From Eledone cirrhosa (Eukaryota): a stretch of 64,000 bases of DNA. The notes below the pieces were generated by a model. The model searched no databases and was not told the DNA's origin. It worked only from the letters and a program-made list of their open reading frames with translations. Location of the stretch: positions 45,942,001 through 46,006,000 of the forward strand of contig OZ024744.1 of NCBI GenBank assembly GCA_964016885.1, read 5' to 3'. The number at the start of each line of letters is the position of its first letter. Within the stretch, counting starts at the first letter, position 1. Below, in pieces: positions 26,464 through 40,331 of this stretch. The position numbers were made by a program, and so were the translations under genes.

Positions 26464-27641
26464 ATGGTGATATCCATCGATGAAGTATGCGACAAAACTG
26501 GTCGATGTTCCAAAATAGAACATTGCCCAGAAAACCACATCTGCCATATCTGTGCGGAACCCGAAAACTCGTTCCGTAATCGCTGGGTCGAATGTGGAAC
26601 CTGTCACATCTCTGTCTGCCTTCAATGCGCCACAGGCTTCCGGAAGATCCCAGGCCAAAAAAAGAGACATCATAATGCTATGATGGATGGAATCTGGGAG
26701 ATGGTCCAGCTAAAATCCTGGTCCTTTCAGTGCCTGCCTCCACTAATGTTATTGAAAAACAACAACAACAACAACAAAAACCAATGACTGTGTCTTCCTC
26801 TACCATTGTTACTGAACAACGGAAAAAACCTATGACACTGGCTTCTACTGCTATTCCTGTGGGAGAACATCAGAAACATCAACAACCCATTTCTTCCGCT
26901 CCCAGTACATCTCAACACCAACAATCGGCGACTGTGTCTTCCCCTACCATTCCCGTGGAGGAACATCATCATCACCAACAACAACAACAGCAACAACAAC
27001 AACCGACCAGTACAGATTTTGCAGAATTGCAACTAATGATTTCTACTTTAAGAAGGGAAGTAACAGGAATAAAGGCAATCATTCCAGTAGGACCCCACAA
27101 TGAGGGGTCTTATCGGAATGCCTTGCTAAAGAATCTCCCTGTAACTCTTGCCGTATCTGGCCACACTGAAAGGACTGCGGAATCTGCTACCCATGAAGTG
27201 ATTGCCATTGGTGTACCAGAGGACAAGGCTAATCTTCAGGCATTTGCTGCCAGCTCAGCCAAAGACCTAGGCTGTGTTCCCCCAAAGGGTGCTCTCCGCC
27301 TTGGTCGACCTGGTCCAAAGCCCAGACTCATCAGGCTGTCTTTTTCGGACCCTGCTGAGGCAACCTCATACCATCTGGCCTCTGTTAAAGCTGGGCGTGA
27401 AGATCGGATTACCTTCCGAACACGCCCAGGCCTACCACCCCATGTACGTCCAAAGCTCCGTACTGCAGCTTCCTTGAATCGGAATTCAGCACAACATGAA
27501 AGTTTTAGTCTGCGTGATGATGGGCAGATCTGGAGGTTTGTCAAGGCTGGTGAAACGTGGAAGAGAGATACCAGCTGGTCTGAGTGTGATCTACCCACAA
27601 TAACTGGCAATGTAAAAACTGCTACAACTCTGGGAAACTAA
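26464..27641 (+). CDS. CR1 ORF1 (PHD-like finger, polyQ tracts, coiled coil, RLG...RLI motif); frameshifted near 26730
   Basis: CHICAEPE...WVECGTCHISVCLQC in ORF 26413-26787; LRLGRPGPKPRLIRLSF in ORF 26730-27641. Confidence 0.7.
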
Positions 27642-27697
27642 ACCAGAACAACCTGCCACCCTCTACACACCATCATAAACTGCGAGCAGGGTACAAA

Positions 27698-30408
27698 TTG
27701 TTGTCCTTAAATGCTCGCAGTTTATGCAACAAGATACATCTGTTTGAATCCTACGTCAGAAGCATCGACCCTGACTTCATCACAGTCACAGAAACATGGG
27801 CACATTCCTTACTCTGTGATGGGGTTTTCAGCATTACTGGGTACAACCTTTTCCGCAAGGACCGCATTAATCGTCGTGGTGGTGGTGTGATGGTCTACGT
27901 TCGTTCAAACTTTTCGGTAATTCCTTGCGTTGATTTGAACAAATCACAGGAAGAAGTTTTTTTCTGTGACATACGTATGACCATGTCAACACTTCTGCTT
28001 GGTGTTGTTTATCGCCCCCCAAACTACCATCAGGACACACAGCTTTGCGATATCCTCAGAGTTGCTGCCAAGAAAACAGCCACTTATGTGTTTATTGCAG
28101 GTGACTTCAATCATCCTGAGATCGATTGGGAAACCTTTCGTTGGCCACAAGGTGCAAACGATTTCTTTGAACTAGTGCTGGACTCAAACTGGTCACAAGT
28201 AGTCACCTCTCCAACAAGAGGTGACAACACTTTGGACCTGATCTTCACCACTACTCCTGAAGTGGTTATCAGTTGTACTACTGAGGAACCTCTAGGTGAC
28301 TCTGATCATGCTATGATCATTGCCAATCTGGCACTTGAGGGCAGCAACAAAAACCAGAGCCATCTCCAATCTGCTTGCTTTGATTGGAAGAGGGCAGATT
28401 GGAACTTGTACTGCACTGAGCTACAGCGCCCAAACTGGCATGAGATGTATAACTCTGGAGATGTGAACACTATACTCCAGAGCATCCTGGACTCAATATG
28501 GATAGCGTGTGCAGCATCGGTGCCACGTAAGCGGAAAAATAACCGCCCCAAAAGTGCAATTTGGGAAACTTCAGCGGTTCGACTTGCCAGGAAAGAACGT
28601 CGGAACGCTGAACGGGAATATAAACTGCATAAATCAGATGCCAACAGAAAAAAGCGGAATAAATCTTCTAACCATCTCAAGCAAGTGACAAAGAAGTCAG
28701 TGCTTGAATTTGAACAGTGCATAGCAACCAATCTTGACAGTAAGGTGTTCTGGAAATATGTTCATTCAAAGCTGAGACCTCACTCTCCAGTTGGTCCTCT
28801 TCGAAATCCCCACACAAGCCAGATCACTGACGATCCCAAAGAATGTGCAGAACTCATTGCTGAGTGCTATGCAAGTATTTTTACTGTTGAAAACCAGAAT
28901 GTACCATCTCCACCATCTCTAACATCAAATTCCATAACAACTATGGAATTTACACCTGCAATGTTGCGACGTCACCTTAAGAATAAGCGCAACTATGCCT
29001 CCCCTGGTCTTGATGGTGTGACATACCTGCTTCTCAAACGTGGCAGGTATTTCCTTTTGCGCCAGCTTTCTTTCTTCTTTCAATACTGTCTCAACAATGG
29101 TGCTACTCCGAAGCAGTGGAAAACTGCCAGTCTCATTCCCCTGTTCAAAAAGGGAAACCGCATGTCACCTGTCAACTATCGTCCAGTCAGTCTTACTAGC
29201 TGTATGGCCAAACTGATGGAATCCTGTCAGAGAAATACTTTGGAACTTCTGGAGCTCTCACAATTTGGATTTATCCCTAACTCCAGCTGCTGCGATCAGC
29301 TTATCGAGTTCCTTGAAGACATCACTGACAGCGGCTCATGGGTGGATGTTGTTTACCTTGACTTTGCTAAGGCTTTTAATTCTGTACCACACAAAAGACT
29401 TATGGCAAAACTCTCTGCAATGGGTGTGAGGGATGATCTTTTTGACTGGTTGAAATCCTTCATTCTCAGCCGAAAAAAGTAGTCACGGTTCTAGGACAGC
29501 ATTCTTCACCATATGAGATGTCATCTGGTGTATCACAGGGATCTGTTCTTGGTCCCATTTTGTTTGTGGCATATATTAATGACATAGATGCCAACTTACA
29601 GAATGCCACGGTACTGAAATATGCAGATGACATCAAGCTGTACCTTGAAATCAAAAGGACTGATCCTGAAATTTACAACTCTTTCCTACAATCAGACCTG
29701 GATACAATGCAGCAATGGATCACAGACTGGCAACTGAAGCTGGCTGTGGACAAGTGTACTACCATGCATTTTGGAAGGAAAAATCCCACTGATATCAAAA
29801 AGTCCTCTTGTGAACGTGACCTGGGCATTGCTGTCAGCAGCGATTTGCGTTGGACAAAGCATGTCTCTAAGATTGTCAAGAAGGCCGAGGGTGTCTTGGC
29901 ATCACTCAGCAAGACCTTTGTTAGCCGCTCTCCAGCCATCTATTTAAAACTGTATACAGCTATAGTACGACCACACTTGGAATTCGCATCATCAGTTTGG
30001 AACCCCTATCTTGCTCAGAACATTGACCTCCTGGAAACTGTTCAGAGATGTGCAACCAAGCGCATACCCTCCATCAAACACCTACCATACTCTGAACGCC
30101 TTGCTTCTCTGGGCATGGATTCATTGAAGCTCCGACGTCTGGCAATGAACTTGGTGAATACCCACAAAGTTATTAACCATCTCGCCAATTGCAACCCTGA
30201 GCACCTTTTTGATCTCCATGTGTCTAACACACGTGGACATGCCTACAAAATCAGAAAACAGCACAGCTCCCATGACTTTCGTAAACATTTTTTCACGCTC
30301 AGAGTTGCTGAAGTATGGAACAAACTGCCTGCATCAGTTGTTAGCTGCCGAGACACTGCATCCTTTAAGACACTCATGCTTCCCGAAATACGCCAAAACT
30401 ACTCCTGA
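27698..30408 (+). CDS. CR1 ORF2 endonuclease-reverse transcriptase; frameshift near 29480 and internal deletions
   Basis: VTETW, GDFNHP, SDH, LDFAKAFNSVPH, QGSVLGP, YADD, VRPHLEF, WNKLP. Confidence 0.88.
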
Positions 30409-30749
30409 TGTACCCCTTCCATACACATGCACACGTGTGTATCATGACTCGTGCACTGTTCATTTTACTGATGTTTGTGCATTGCCCTATGTACTGAACA
30501 TGCACTTTTTGATGAGTCGTGGTGCACCTGGGCACTGTACACAATATTTCATTATTATTATTATTATTATATCATGACTCATACACTGTTCATTTTCCTG
30601 ACATTTGTACATTATTCTATGTATTATACATGCACCTTTGATGAGTTGTAGTGCACCTGAGCACTGTACACAATAATTTCATTATATATATCTGTGACAA
30701 TCTGTACAACCAATAATAGTAGGAGTCACGTTACATATGTATATATATA

Positions 30750-30832
30750 CAGGGTGTCCCTAAAATATGTATACACAGTGTATTTACATAGACTGTAGTT
30801 GAAGTGTGTATACATTTTTGGGGGAGACCCTG
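30750..30832. mobile_element. 83-bp Tc1/mariner-type MITE
   Basis: TA|CAGGGTGTCCCTAAAATATGTATACACA...TGTGTATACATTTTTGGGGGAGACCCTG|TA. Confidence 0.8.
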
Positions 30833-31714
30833 TATATATTTTATATATACATATATATATATATTAAAAGATGATTGATATATAAATATATATATATATA
30901 CACTCATATGTCTGTTTATATATTTATAAATATACATATATAAAGATATATATACTCTTACGTGTATACATCTGAAAATTATATATGCATGTAAACACAT
31001 ACCTAAACATACATGTATACATATAGATGGACAGTTATACATATACATTAATTTATTTCTATACACACATATACCACAAGTAAGGCATGGTGCTGCCAAC
31101 TAACCAGACCTCCCTCATAATGGACCAGCTAGATATCCAAATTACAGGCCTGCTAGCCAACACACAGTCCCAATAAGTGTAAGTTACAGTGCAGCTATCT
31201 GGACAGACTTGTCTTAAGACTACTCATAATCCCACTACATCTTTTGTATACTATATATATATGGGTTATATATATATACACACACACATATAATTGTGTA
31301 TTCACACATTATCTTAGTAATGAAATAATTAATAATTTTAGTAAATTGTTCAAAATTCTTCATTAACCCTTTTGGTAGAAACCCAGCCAAAATTGGTTCT
31401 CGTTCTATGGAAATGGTTCCTATCTAAATTAAAGTCTTCCAACAAAATTCTATATAAAACCATATGTTAAGTTACTATGTTAGTAATTAACTAACAATTG
31501 TGATAAATAGCTCAATATTATTCATAATTAATTGAAATACAAGGTTCATAATTATAATAAAATCTTCAAAAAGGCTACGAAGCTGCTAAACCCTAAAGGT
31601 ACGCAACACACACATCGCTATAGCGTTTCACCAGCGCCTCCCTTCCTCAATCATTACATAGATGTGTGTGTATGTAATAATTATTTTGTATTGTGTGTCT
31701 ATTTATGAATATGT

Positions 31715-34250
31715 ATGAGTAGATGTGTAACCCAGTAGATGTGTGTGTGTGTAACTCAGTAGATGTGTGTGTATGTAACTCAGAAGATGTGTGTATATAA
31801 CACAGTAGATGTGGTATGTAACACAGTAGATGTGTGTGTGTGTGTGTAACATGGTAGATGTGTGTATATAACAAAGTATATGTGTGTGTATGTAACACAC
31901 TAGTGTGTCTATGTAACTCAGTAGATGCGTGTGTATGTAACACAGTATATGTGTGTGTATGTAAGACAGTAGATGTGTGTGCATGTAACACAGTAGATGT
32001 GTGTATGTAACACAGTAGAAGTGTGTGTATGTAACACAGTAGATCTGTGTGTGTAACTCAGTAGATGTGTGTGTATGTAACACAGTAGATGTGTGTGTAT
32101 GTAACTCAGAAGATGTGTGTGTATGTAACACAGCAGATGGGTGTATGTAACACAGTAGATGTGTGTATGTAAGACAGTAGATGTGTGTGTGTAACTCAGT
32201 AGATGTATGTGTATGTAACACAGTAGATGTGTGTGTATGTAACTCAGAAAATGTGTGTGTATGTAACACAGTAGATGTGTGTATGTAACACAGTAGATGT
32301 ATGTGTATGTAACAGTAGATGTGTGTGTTTGTAACACAGTAGATGTGTGTGTATGTAACACAGTAGATGTGTGTGTATGTAACACAGTAGATGTGTATGT
32401 AACACAGTAGATGTCTATGTAACACAGTAGATGTGAGTATGTAACACAGTAGAAGTGTGTGTATGTAACACAGTAGATCTGTGTGTGTAACTCAGTAGAT
32501 GTGTGTGTATGTAACACGGTAGATGTGTGTATGTAAGACAGTAGATGTGTGTGTGTAACTCAGTAGATGTATGTGTATGTAACACAGTAGATGTGTGTGT
32601 ATGTAACTCAGAAGATGTGTGTATGTAACACAGTAGATGTGTGTATGTAAGACAGTAGATGTGTGTGTGTAACTCAGTAGATGTATGTGTATGTAACAGT
32701 AGATGTGTGAGTTTGTAACACAGTAGATGTGTGTGTATGTAACACAGATGTGTGTGTATGTAACACAGTAGATGTGAGTATGTAACACAGTAGATGTGTA
32801 TGTAACACAGTAGATGTGTGTGTATGTAACACAGTAGATGTGTATGTAACACAGAAGATGTCTATGTAACACAGTAGATGTGAGTATGTTACACAGTAGA
32901 TGTGTAGCGAAATCTGTCCGCGCCTTGAACTTCGGGTGATACCTAAAGGTTAAATTTTAGGTCACCACATTTATTGTGTTAACAAGTTCAGGTTGGGGGG
33001 ACAGGAAGTGACAGCTATATGCAGACCATGTACAAGCCATTCCACACAGAGACATCGAAGTGATAGGATATACAACTAAATATGTAAGGATATACTGCTA
33101 TAAATAGACACCCAGTGGTCTACAGTCAGAGACATCGGATCACCCCACTACAGAACAAGCTATGTAAAGATTCACTACTATTCAACAGACCCAATGAAGT
33201 CTACAGATATGCCCAGAGCGATTCGAACCCTACTATACAGAGCACAAATGTGGAAGATATGCAGTTCACGGTATTTCTCAGTTACTACAGACCATTCAGA
33301 GATATACGAACTATATCTCATCTCTCTCTAACTAACACGGTCTAACAACTATTACCACGAATTCCAACAACAACAACAATTATCTGTAACTCGCCTTGTT
33401 AACACCAACAACAACAGACTACAACAACCTACACTTCAACAACAAAATAATATTGTCAATCTTTGCAACTTATGGTAACTTGTTTATTTGTACCTTTTAA
33501 TTCACGTGAAGTAAACTATATAAATCAAATCATATATTCTTATATCCTTTATATTCTTTATATTATATTCACGTTATTATTCCTATTATTTATGTTATCT
33601 CTTCTACAAACATTGTTATTATCATAACAACTAAATAACCAACATATCTATTCTATACATATTACCATACTACCCATTATATAACCATTTCTTTCTCATT
33701 TATACCTTTCGTTAAAGATGTGTGTGTATGTAACTCAGTAGATATGTTTATATGTAACACGGTAGATATGTGTGTGTATGTAACACAGTAGATGTGTGTA
33801 TGGAACACAGTAGATGTGTGTATATGTAACACAGTAGATGTGTCTGTATGTAACACAGTAGATGTGTGTGTATGTAACACAGTAGATGTGTGTATGTAAC
33901 ACAGTAGATGTGTGTATATGTAACACAGTAGATGTGTGTATGTAACACAGTAGATGTGTGTATGTAACACAGTAGATGTGTCTGTATGCAACACACTAGA
34001 TGTCTGTATGTAATACAGTAGATGAGTGTGTATGTAACACAGTAGATGTGTGTATGTAACACAGTAGATGTGTCTGTATGTAACACAGTAGATGTGTGTA
34101 TGTAACACAGTAGATGTCTATGTAACTCAGTAGATGTGTGTGTATGTAACTCAGTAGATATGTGTGTATGTAACACAGTAGATGTGTGTGTGTATGTAAC
34201 ACAGTAGATGTGTGTATATATAACACAGTAGATGTATATGTAACTAAAGT
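31715..34250. repeat. ~20-26-bp minisatellite (gtatgtaacacagtagatgtgt), interrupted by a solo LTR
   Basis: Direct observation. Confidence 0.95.
32903..33716. mobile_element. Probable solo LTR
   Basis: Starts TGTAGCGAAA, ends TTTCGTTAAA (imperfect inverted termini), 4-bp GATG on both sides, TATAAA near 33099. Confidence 0.6.
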
Positions 34251-34734
34251 GTAACGTACTTTACGAATGGACGACTAAATGATTTTAACTTGTTTTTTAA
34301 CAATTGATGGTGGAAAAGTATTTTAAATTGTGTCAACTAAGACCATAAAGGGCCGCAACACATGGAGTCTGACACCCTAACCCTACTTCTTCCTAAAATC
34401 TTCAAACATAATTTAATACAAGAACCACATGTTAAGTTACTAATAAAATAATTAATAATCAAAAACTTCAGTAAATCCTTCAAATGATATCTCAGTAATG
34501 AAATAATTAATAATTGTTATAAATACCTCAAAATTCCTCATCAATTTAACCCAAGACAGGTAATAATACTACCAGAGTCTTTCAGTCGGACATGAAACAA
34601 ATTAATTTCTAATGGAAGAAAAAAAGATTTTAAAGTCAGCCAAGGGAGATCAGTCTCAGCGTCTTATTGTAAATCTTGCTTGTGAATTAATCCGGATTAA
34701 ATTATTCTGGTGTATTTTGTGTGGAGGAAACTGG

Positions 34735-35045
34735 GTTTACGCGGTGATAGCGCGTAATTCACGAACGTATGGTTCGTGAGTTCGAATCTCAGACCGGGTG
34801 GTATGTACGTTGGGGCCTTGAACAAGACACTTTATTTCTCATTGTTTTATATTACCCAACTGGCAAAAATAATATGTTATACCAGTCATTATTGTCACAC
34901 TGAATCTCCCTGAGAACAATGTCAACGGTACACGTGTCAATGAAATACCCAGACACATTATAATATGTTATGGGTTCTATATGTATGTAAAAAGGAGGCC
35001 ATGTAATACGTTTTGTCTCGCTGAATCTCCCTGAGAACTACGTAT
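34735..35045 (+). mobile_element. Degenerate tRNA-derived SINE
   Basis: B box gagttcgaatc, cagaccggg, ccttgaacaagacactttattt. Confidence 0.65.
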
Positions 35046-35048
35046 ATA

Positions 35049-37443
35049 CTAGTGACTATATCTAGCACTACATTATCTATTGTACAGTATAGTAGTTAGT
35101 ATGAGTGGCTATCAGACATAGTGTATCTAGGACTACATTATCTAGTGTATAGTATAGTAGTTAGTATTAGTGGCTATCAGACATAGTATATCTAGGACTA
35201 CATTATCTAGCGTACAGTACAGTAGTTAGTATTAGTGGCTATCAGGCATAATGTATGAAGGACTACATTATCTAATGTACAGTGTAGTAGTTAGTATTAG
35301 TGGCTATCAGACATATTTTATCTAGGACTACATTATCTAATGTACAGTAGTTAGTATTAGCGGATATCAGACATAGTGTATCTAGGACTACATTATCTAG
35401 TGTATAGTATAGTAGTTAGTATTAGTGGCTATCAGGCACAATGTATCAAGGACTATATTATCTAATGTACAGTATAGTAGTTAGTATTAGTGGCTATCAG
35501 ACATAGTGTATCTAGGACTACATTATCTAGTGTACAGTATAGTAGTTAGTATTAGTGGCTATCAGGCACAATGTATCAAGGACTATATTATCTAATGTAC
35601 AGTATAGTAGTTAGTATTAGTGGCTATCAGGCACAGTGTATCAAGGACTACATTATCTAATATACAGTATAGTAGTTAGTATTAGTGGCTATCAGACATA
35701 GTGTCTAGGACCACATTATCTAATGTACAGTAGTTAGTATTAGTGGCTATCAGGCACAGTGTATCAAGGACTACATTATCTAATGTACAGTACAGTAGTT
35801 AGAATTAGTGGCTATCAGACATAGTGTATCAAGGACTACATTATCTAATGTACAGTAGTTAGTATTAGTGGTTATCAGACATAGTGTATCAAGGACTACA
35901 TTATCTAATGTACAGTACAGTAGTTAGAATTAGTGGCTATCAGACAGTGTATCAAGGACTACATTATCTAATGTACACTACCATAGTTAGTATTAGTGAC
36001 TATCAGACATAGTGTATCTAGGACTACATCATCTAATGTACAGTAGTTAGTATTAGTGGTTATCAGACATAGTGTATCAAGGACTACATTATCTAATGTA
36101 CAGTACAGTAGTTAGAATTAGTGGCTATCAGACATAGTTTATCTAGGACTACATTATCTAATGTACAGTACAGTAGTTAGTATTAGTGACTATCAGACAG
36201 TGTATCTAGGACTAAATTATCTAATCATAATCTATAAAGCTCAGTGTGTGGTCATGCTCCTTCGTTATAGAAACCTACGATATAGAATTTCTTCAATTGA
36301 AATTTACAATTCAGTATTCGAAATAGTTTCGATTCCGTCTTGACGCAGATCATTTTTTCAATTTCACTCACAATTACGCAAAAAATAGATAAAACTCAAT
36401 ATTTTACGATTTTTCTCTCTCATTTAAACTGCTGAACTCTTTCTACTACCATTCAAAATCTATACAACTTCATACTTTCTGCTACTTTCTCTTTCCAAGC
36501 TTGATGGTGATACTGTCCGTTCACACCACTCCCTACTGTCTTAAATTTAGAAAACACATATCCTCTATAAGGTTACTAAACCTACTAGAAACAGCAGATA
36601 ACTCTCCCCCATATCACACCCCTCCCTACTGTCTTAAATTTAGAAAACATATCTTCTATGAGGTCACTAAACCTGCTAGAAACAGCAGCTAACTCTCCCT
36701 CATATCACAACCCTCCCTACTGTCTTAAATTTAGAAAACACACAGACAACCATGCGGAACAACTCCATCGCAGCTCTGTTGTTCGGCTGGCATCGTCTAC
36801 GTGCGTGTTGCGCAAGTACTGTGAAACAATAAATTTCAACAGTTTTTTGCACAGAGATAATATCCATAGGAGAAACTACAATTGTCACTGCTGGCGCAGC
36901 TCATGCTTCCAGGTCTGCAATTCATTCACCCAGTGCCTGGCAGAAAAAAAAGTGCTACCATAAAAAGGGTGGTGCAACCTAACTTTGGTAACTTAATGAC
37001 CCCGAGCAACGCTGGGCTTTAATGCTAGTGTATAATAGAATAGTTAGTATTAGTGGCTATCAGACATAGTGTATCTAGGACTACATTATCTAATATACAG
37101 TATAGTAGTTAGTTTTAGTGACTATCAGACATAGTGTATCTAGGACTACATTATCTAATGTACAGTAGAGTAAGTATTAGTGACTCTCAGACATAGTATA
37201 TCTAGGACTACATTATCTAATGTACAGTATATTAGTTAGTATTAGTGGCTATCAGACATAGTGTATCTAGGACTACATTATCTAATGTACAGTGTAGTAA
37301 TTAGTATTAGTGGTTATCAGACATAGGTTATCTAGGACTACATCATCTAATGCACAGAATAGTAGTTAGTATTAGTGGCTATCAGACATAGTGTATCAAG
37401 GACTACATTATCCAATGTACAGTATAGTATTTAGTATTAGTGG
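35049..37443. repeat. 65-bp minisatellite interrupted by a Helitron
   Basis: Unit tagtggctatcagacatagtgtatctaggactacattatctaatgtacagtatagtagttagtat. Confidence 0.95.
36225..37028 (+). mobile_element. Non-autonomous Helitron-like element
   Basis: TC...CTAG inserted at atctaA|Tgta of the satellite unit with no TSD; homologous to 2471-3597. Confidence 0.82.
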
Positions 37444-38624
37444 TAATGTTGTTATATATATTTTCCCTTGTATATAATTACTGTATCGTTGAAGGGTTCA
37501 CATAATTATATTATTTACATTAATATAGACATTAAGTAAATCTTTGTCAACTTACTTTTTCACATATAATCAATGAGTTGTGTTGTTAGTTTTTATTAAA
37601 CAACCAAAGACAAATTCATTCTTATAGGACTTTCTAATATAGCTATCATCTCCTCTGCTGATGACATGTCAACACCAGTTTAACTTCCACCTTTTTATTA
37701 GTAGGAGTCAATTCTTTCTCAATATCGTTTTGTCACTTTTCTCTCCTTCTCCGGGAGGAATCAGCTGTGTTTAGACCAGGAGTCTAATGCATCTATATGA
37801 ATCCATACAATATCTGATTTCACTTGAAGTTTTATTCAGATCTCAATTGTGTTCAGACCTGGAGAGAGGAGATGGGCTCCATCAGGTTTTAAAATATGTG
37901 CAACAAAGACTGAAATCCACTAGAGTACCCCTACGACTACCCTAAGATTTATAGGTCCATACAATATATCTATATACACACCTATATCCCTTTCTCTGAA
38001 AGAAATCAAGTGTATTCAGATCTGGAAGAAGAGTGTGGTCTCCACCAAGTCTAAAATACCCAATAAATGTTGTATGTCACTAAGGTACCCCTATGATTCC
38101 CCAAGGATCTCCTTTCTTTGGGACTATGTCTGGGTCAACCTGTGAAATAGGGATTGAGTAACTGTATTTCAGGGAGCTGTTTTGATATTGAAGAGACATC
38201 TGTTGGTGTAGGGTTTCGTTGATGACATAATAAGGTTCTAATACTGTAAAGAGCTACCTGGTACATGTTTTGGAGACATGATCATAAATCCATTTATAGA
38301 GAAGCAGTCAGCAAAGTTAGGATTAACATTGACTATATTGAAGAAATATATTTTTCCAATGTTGTTATATTTTCACTTGTATATAATTACTGTATCGTTG
38401 AAGGGTTCACATAATTCTATTATTCACACACATTAATATAGACATTAAGTAAATCTTTGTCAACTTAGCTCCTTCAGATGTAATCAATGTGTTGTGTTAA
38501 TTTTTACTAAACAACAAAAGAAATAATCTCTTGTTTTTGTGAGTTCACAAAAACTAGATGTCGGACAGAACAAAGGAGAGACACTAAATAACAGCATTGT
38601 CACTGAATAGGTTATATAATGTGT

Positions 38625-38970
38625 GACTTCCTTTCCAAACACCCTAACAATAGACTACCACTATTAGACACGGAACTCTGGTTAAACACTACAGACAAGA
38701 GGGCCCAAATTCTCCACTCACACTATGCTAAACCCATGGCCTCCAAATACCTGATACTCAAAAACTCAGCAATGTCCAATAGTGCTAAGTTTAATATTCT
38801 GATCGCAGACTTGGTAAGAGTAATGAAGAATGTGTCCCGCATGTGTGTCCCAACAGAAATGGAAAGACACATCCAACACTTCATCAACTGCATGCAGTTC
38901 TCTGGCTACAACCAAAGAGAGAGAATCAGGAGCCACGGATGTGTGTCGAAAGAACTTTGATAGACTATAT
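38625..38970 (+). mobile_element. Penelope-like element fragment
   Basis: LPLLDTELW...HYAKPMASKYLILKNSAMSNSAKFNILIADLVR; matches the split PLE at 45080/51321 and ends in the same terminal motif gaaagaactttg. Confidence 0.8.
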
Positions 38971-39125
38971 ATATATATATTTATATCTATATATCTATAT
39001 CCAAAATTAAGATAAATTAAATGAATTTAATCTAAATCAAAATTATGGGCGTCATGCCAGAAAGACATGCGCCATATCACCCGGAAAATAAGCTTTAAGA
39101 TTCTAACGAGTAGGTCCGAGCATTT

Positions 39126-39453
39126 TATAATAACTAGAAATTGATTAACATATATATAAACATCAATAATCACAGGAGGTAATTTTTACAAGTGTGTAGC
39201 CACACATAGCTAGGTAGGTAACTAAATAAAGTTGACTAGAACTTCAAAAATAGATACCTTATAATATGATTAATCTTCCCTGATTAATCATATTATAAGG
39301 GAAGATTAATCATATTATAAGGTATCTATTTTTGAAGTTCTAGTCAACTTTATTTAGTTACCTACCTAGCTATGTGTGGCTACACACTTTTAAAAATTAT
39401 CTCCTGTGATTATTGATGTTTATATATATGTTAATCAATTTCTAGTTATTATA
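39126..39453. repeat. Near-perfect palindrome with ~156-bp arms
   Basis: Arms 39126-39281 and 39298-39453. Confidence 0.92.
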
Positions 39454-39629
39454 TTTATATCTGTATTTTTAACCGTTGGTCAGTCAATGATAAACTTTGA
39501 TTGCCAGATAAATTAACTATGGAGATATAAAAGACACAGAAGCGAAAACCAACCCAAACCAAACATTGATTGTGTTCTGTTATTATTTCTGGCAATATTT
39601 TAACAATATGACCCTCCCCAAGTATAACA

Positions 39630-39966
<337 letters not shown>

Positions 39967-40093
39967 GAAAGGCAGAGTCAATAACTCATACTGAAACCCT
40001 ATAATTACCAAGCTCAAAGTATAAATACTGAGCGTTATAATAATAATATATGTAGTAATAAACACAGTAAAGACCGCCTCAATAACTATTATA

Positions 40094-40179
40094 TCTCCCG
40101 GACAGATTAGTGATTAATCTGTTTCGCCCTGAGTGTCTTTGTAACAGATAATTAATCCACGGGCATCGTCAACGAGAGA
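40094..40179 (-). ncRNA. Type I hammerhead ribozyme, variant core (UUGACGA)
   Basis: Reverse complement: tctctcg TTGACGA t gccc...gggc GAAA cagatta atcac taatctg TC cgggaga. Confidence 0.7.
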
Positions 40180-40249
40180 ATCGGATTAAATGCGACAAAC
40201 ACCTAATGCTAACAGTCACACAAAATGAATATTTCACATTTAATCAGAT

Positions 40250-40331
40250 TCTCTCGCTGATGAAGCCCGTGGATTATCTGTTACAAACACACTCAGGGCG
40301 AAACAGATTAATCACTAATCTGTCTGGGAGA
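40250..40331 (+). ncRNA. Type I hammerhead ribozyme with intact core
   Basis: Stem I tctctcg/tgggaga, CTGATGA 40257-40263, stem II gccc/gggc, GAAA 40300-40303, stem III cagatta/taatctg, GUC site ending at 40324. Confidence 0.85.

Larger units (their letters stand above)
26400..30572 (+). mobile_element. Near full-length CR1-group LINE
   Basis: ORF1 with PHD-like finger and coiled coil, ORF2 APE+RT, (ATT)n tail; 3' UTR tandemly duplicated at 30572-30685; 5' end approximate. Confidence 0.88.

Noticed and set aside
31647-34226. His/Thr/Cys-rich ORFs
   Set aside because: Translations of the ~22-bp minisatellite
35049-37443. Regular repeats resembling a CRISPR array (also 17160-17860 and 49658-49844)
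   Set aside because: Head-to-tail tandem units with no unique spacers, no cas genes, eukaryotic context
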